Source of the DNA: Octopus sinensis
Lineage: Eukaryota
Direction of reading: 5' to 3'
Length of the DNA: 64,000 bases
NCBI RefSeq assembly: GCF_006345805.1
Contig: NC_042998.1
Span: 57,474,001-57,538,000 of the forward strand
In this document: positions 63,740 through 64,000 of the stretch, in pieces
Position numbering within the stretch: position 1 is the first letter of the stretch
How the letters are laid out: each line of letters begins with the position of its first letter
The notes under the pieces: generated by a model
The model's database searches: none
Told to the model about the DNA's origin: nothing
What the model saw: the letters and a program-made list of their open reading frames with translations, nothing else
Translations under genes and position numbers: made by a program

Positions 63740-64000
63740 AAAAAAAAAAAAGCATCATTAGATTCTAACTCAAAATAATTCTATCAACAAATAGGAAAAC
63801 TAAAATAGAACTTAATGCAACCACAAGAAGAAGAAATATAGAAAATTATGGAGAAGAGTATAGGTAGTTGATTAGTTTCCTAAAATGCGTTTGTAGAAAG
63901 CAACGAACACAGCATATGAACAATCTTGGGAGACTATATAGGCTCAAGGAACAGTTCAGATGAGATCACAAACGTCTTGTCAAAATACCTGACAAAGACA
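63740..64000 (+). pseudogene. Possible third, older Dong/R4-like pre-RT fragment running off the window edge
   Basis: LDSNSK*FYQQIGK..P.EEEI resembles LFRLDEKRFNKEI..KPD..ERRRFW of copy 2; heavily degraded. Confidence 0.3.

Overview
Animal genomic DNA that is AT-rich and dense in microsatellites and transposons. The SINE families and (TA)n/(CA)n/(TACA)n/(TAGA)n arrays suggest an octopod cephalopod (inference from recalled repeat families). I recognise no intact host protein-coding gene, rRNA, true tRNA gene or CRISPR array, and most ORFs in the track are microsatellite translations. Recognisable content: a decayed Helitron Rep/PIF1-helicase relic and a terminally intact non-autonomous Helitron; five copies of a CR1/L2-type (APE+RT) LINE family, one with a tandem-CCCH ORF1; an internally deleted RTE; two or three Dong/R4-type RLE LINE pieces; mariner, maT/DD37D-like and hAT-Charlie DNA transposon remnants; and many tRNA-derived SINEs. 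The most notable signal is a set of small non-coding elements inserted in (TA)n runs that carry type I hammerhead ribozyme motifs. Two of them (46935-47646, 362-nt unit; 6218-7078, 558-nt unit) are circularly permuted, terminally redundant >1-mers with an inverted partial copy. This is the architecture expected of retrozyme or Penelope-pLTR-like elements copied from circular or multimeric RNA. The 47-kb element is very young, and its hammerhead appears intact with a rare U3:A8 compensatory core.
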